This document shows positions 53,763 to 56,048 of a stretch of 56,048 bases of DNA, in pieces. The stretch spans positions 1 to 56,048 of the forward strand of contig JAURVQ010000039.1 of NCBI GenBank assembly GCA_030655395.1, in the 5' to 3' direction. A program made the translations under genes and the position numbers. Positions within the stretch are counted from its first letter, which is position 1. Every line of letters starts with the position of its first letter. The notes under the pieces are model-generated. The model saw only the letters and a program-made list of their open reading frames with translations, made no database searches and had not been told where the DNA came from. Origin of the DNA: Gammaproteobacteria bacterium. Its GTDB lineage: Bacteria > Pseudomonadota > Gammaproteobacteria > SURF-13.

Positions 53763-53945
53763 GAATCTTCTCCTTAAAGTGTGATGAATTAAACAAATGT
53801 AGGGGTTCTATTTACAGGACCAAGGCCCTCGGCAAGCACCCGACGCCGTATTATCTCATTCATTGGCACAAAAATAGCAAGCGCGCTGCAAAAAATCACA
53901 GCGCGTCCCGTATACCCTGCAACCAACGCGCCACTATGCGTCCAG

Positions 53946-56048
53946 TTAGCCCGTTTGTAGGTTGGCGTAGGCCACCATCAACCATTTGCTGCCGGTGCGT
54001 ATGAAGTTGACCTGCACACGCGCCTGCTCGCCACGTCCTTCGTAGTTCAGTACCACACCGTCGCCGAAGGTGGCGTGACGCACGTGCTGGCCCAGACGCA
54101 GGCCGGCACGTGTAGTCTCTTTATCGGATGCCGCGGGCGATTCTTTAGCGAAAGAGACCGGCGCCGGTGCCACGGTGCCGTGCAGACGCACCTCGCGCAC
54201 CAGCTCGGCGGGGATTTCGCTGACGAAACGCGAGGGGCTGGGGTAGGTGTCGTTGCCGTGCAGGCGGCGGCGTTCGGCGTGCGTGACGTACAACTGCCGT
54301 TTGGCGCGCGTCAGCCCGACATAGCACAGGCGGCGCTCTTCTTCGAGGCGGCGGTCGTCCTGAGCGGAAAGCCGGTGTGGAAACAAGTCCTCTTCCATGC
54401 CGCACAGAAACACGAGCGGGAACTCCAGGCCCTTGGCCGAGTGCAGTGTCATGAGCTGCACGCAGTCATCCCACGCGCTGCCCTGGCTTTCGCCCGCCTC
54501 CAGCGCGGCATGGGAGAGAAAGGCCGAGAGCGGATCGAGGCCCTCCTCCGGCTCGTAGTTGAACTGGCGCGCGGCGCTGGAAAGCTCTTCCAGATTTTCC
54601 ACGCGCGCCTGGCCCTTCTCGCCCTTGTCCTTGCGGTGATGGTCGAGCAGGCCGCTGTGTTGCACTACATGTTCGGTCAGCTCGTGCAGCGCAAAGCCCG
54701 CCGTGTCGTGCGTGAGCGTTTCGATCAACTTGAGAAAGGCCGCCAGCGCCGCGCTTGCACGCGGGTTCGGCTTGCCTTGTGCGGTGATGGCCTGCGCAGC
54801 GCGCCACAGCGAGAGCTGCTCGCTACGCGCATGTGCGCGCAGCACCTCCAGCGTGGTGTCGCCGATGCCGCGCGTCGGCATGTTCACCACGCGCTCGAAC
54901 GAGGCATCGTCGTCGCGGTTGGCGATGAGGCGCAGATAGGCGAGCGCGTCCTTGATCTCGGCGCGCTCGAAGAAGCGCAGGCCGCCGTAGACGCGGTACG
55001 GCATCCCCGCCTGCAGCAGGGCCTCCTCGAAATTGCGCGACTGTGCGTTGGAGCGGTACAGGATGGCGGCCTCGGCGCGTTGCCCGCCCTGGGCCACCCA
55101 CTGGCGGATGCGCTCGACCACGAAGCGCGCCTCGTCCAGATCGTTAAACGCCGCATAGCGCAGGATCGGCTCGCCGTCGGCGCCGCTGGTCCACAGGTTT
55201 TTGCCGAGGCGCCCGCTGTTGTGCGCGATGAGCGCGTTGGCGGCCTTGAGGATGGTGCCGGTGGAGCGGTAATTCTGTTCCAGCCGCAGCGTGCGCGTGC
55301 CGGTGAAGTCGCGCGCGAACTGCTGGATGTTTTCGATGCGCGCGCCGCGCCAGCCGTAGATGGACTGGTCGTCGTCGCCCACCGCGAACATCCGCCCGTG
55401 TGCGCTTGCCAGCATGCGCAGCCAGGCGTATTGAATCGCGTTGGTGTCCTGGAACTCGTCCACCAGGATGTGCTGGAAGCGGCCTTGATAATGCGCCAGC
55501 ACCTGCGGCTGCTTGAGCCACAGCTCGTGTGCGCGCAACAACAGCTCGGCAAAATCGACCAGACCCGAGCGCTCGCACAGTGCTTCATAGGCCTGATAGA
55601 TGCGGATCATCTGGCGCGCATGCGGGTCGCCGCGGTCGTCGATGTGCTGCGGGCGCACGCCCTCGTCCTTGCGCCCGTTGATGAACCACTGCGCCTGACG
55701 CGGCGGCCACTTCGCCTCGTCGAGGTCGAGCGCCTTCATGACGCGGCGCAGCGTACGGTATTGATCGTCGCTGTCGAGAATCTGAAACGTCTGCGGCAGG
55801 CGCGCCTCTTGCCAGTGTGCGCGCAACAAACGATGCGCGAGGCCGTGAAACGTGCCCACCCACATGCCGCCCGTAGGGCGCTGCAACAACTCCTCAATGC
55901 GCCCGCGCATCTCGGCGGCGGCCTTGTTGGTGAAGGTGACGGCGAGAATGGAAAATGGCGAGGCGTGCTCGACCTCCATCAGCCACGCAATGCGGTGCGT
56001 GAGCACACGCGTCTTGCCGCTGCCCGCGCCCGCCAGTATCAGCAGCGG
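53946..56048 (-). CDS. uvrD: DNA helicase II UvrD (N-terminus beyond right edge)
   Basis: The frame stays open to 56048. Upstream of the listed Met the translation reads PLLILAGAGSGKTRVLTHRIAWL (Walker A). Also DEFQDT, VGDDDQSIYGWRGA, and a typical UvrD C-terminus. Confidence 0.93.
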   Translation of the reverse strand, partial: PLLILAGAGSGKTRVLTHRIAWLMEVEHASPFSILAVTFTNKAAAEMRGRIEELLQRPTGGMWVGTFHGLAHRLLRAHWQEARLPQTFQILDSDDQYRTLRRVMKALDLDEAKWPPRQAQWFINGRKDEGVRPQHIDDRGDPHARQMIRIYQAYEALCERSGLVDFAELLLRAHELWLKQPQVLAHYQGRFQHILVDEFQDTNAIQYAWLRMLASAHGRMFAVGDDDQSIYGWRGARIENIQQFARDFTGTRTLRLEQNYRSTGTILKAANALIAHNSGRLGKNLWTSGADGEPILRYAAFNDLDEARFVVERIRQWVAQGGQRAEAAILYRSNAQSRNFEEALLQAGMPYRVYGGLRFFERAEIKDALAYLRLIANRDDDASFERVVNMPTRGIGDTTLEVLRAHARSEQLSLWRAAQAITAQGKPNPRASAALAAFLKLIETLTHDTAGFALHELTEHVVQHSGLLDHHRKDKGEKGQARVENLEELSSAARQFNYEPEEGLDPLSAFLSHAALEAGESQGSAWDDCVQLMTLHSAKGLEFPLVFLCGMEEDLFPHRLSAQDDRRLEEERRLCYVGLTRAKRQLYVTHAERRRLHGNDTYPSPSRFVSEIPAELVREVRLHGTVAPAPVSFAKESPAASDKETTRAGLRLGQHVRHATFGDGVVLNYEGRGEQARVQVNFIRTGSKWLMVAYANLQTG

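Noticed and set aside
53864-53879. Sigma54-like TGGCAC-N5-TAGCA (GG-N10-GC).
   Set aside because: It is on the plus strand pointing into the 3' end of minus-strand uvrD. The neighbouring cytochrome c gene is on the other strand, and no activator gene is nearby.
1-56048. Scan for CRISPR arrays, rRNA and tRNA genes.
   Set aside because: No regularly spaced direct repeats and no cloverleaf or rRNA-like conserved segments were noticed.

Overview
GC-rich proteobacterial chromosomal segment, mostly housekeeping and anaerobic or redox genes. All calls rest on motif recognition by eye; no database search was possible.

Core content:
- [NiFe]-hydrogenase maturation genes in two blocks: hypF-hypE, and hypC-hypA-hypB-hypD.
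- An archease-rtcB RNA-repair operon.
- nadA, aspS, apaH, and folA/thyA/lgt/rlmI.
- A two-component system.
- A glycine-cleavage operon (gcvT-H-PA ... PB) behind a tandem glycine riboswitch.
- A Fur-box-controlled Fe(3+) ABC importer.
- c-type and P460 cytochromes.
- The 3' two-thirds of uvrD.

Four visibly AT-richer accessory insertions interrupt this backbone:
1. 1-2947: a truncated restriction-like gene, then a Fic + HigBA module. The module is bracketed by a direct duplication of the hypE 3' end.
2. 15487-19944: an island whose last two genes are each followed by a well-formed integron attC site, with no integrase in the window (CALIN-like). It carries a small HTH protein, an orphan lipoprotein, a 438-aa protein with a C-terminal HEPN-type Rx4H motif, and a membrane-anchored coiled-coil protein. 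The HEPN-like protein is the best candidate here for an undescribed defence or RNase module.
3. 36021-36493: a DUF4258 / zinc-finger toxin-antitoxin pair wedged between lgt and thyA.
4. 35079-35227: a ~149-bp MITE-like long palindrome between thyA and folA.

Other signals:
- Three FNR-type boxes sharing a CTAKATCAAA half-site, one of them orphaned between convergent genes.
- A 23-bp MarR-type operator.
- Phased operator repeats upstream of fic.
- A perfect 17-bp inverted repeat at 40514-40570.

No rRNA, tRNA or CRISPR array was seen.
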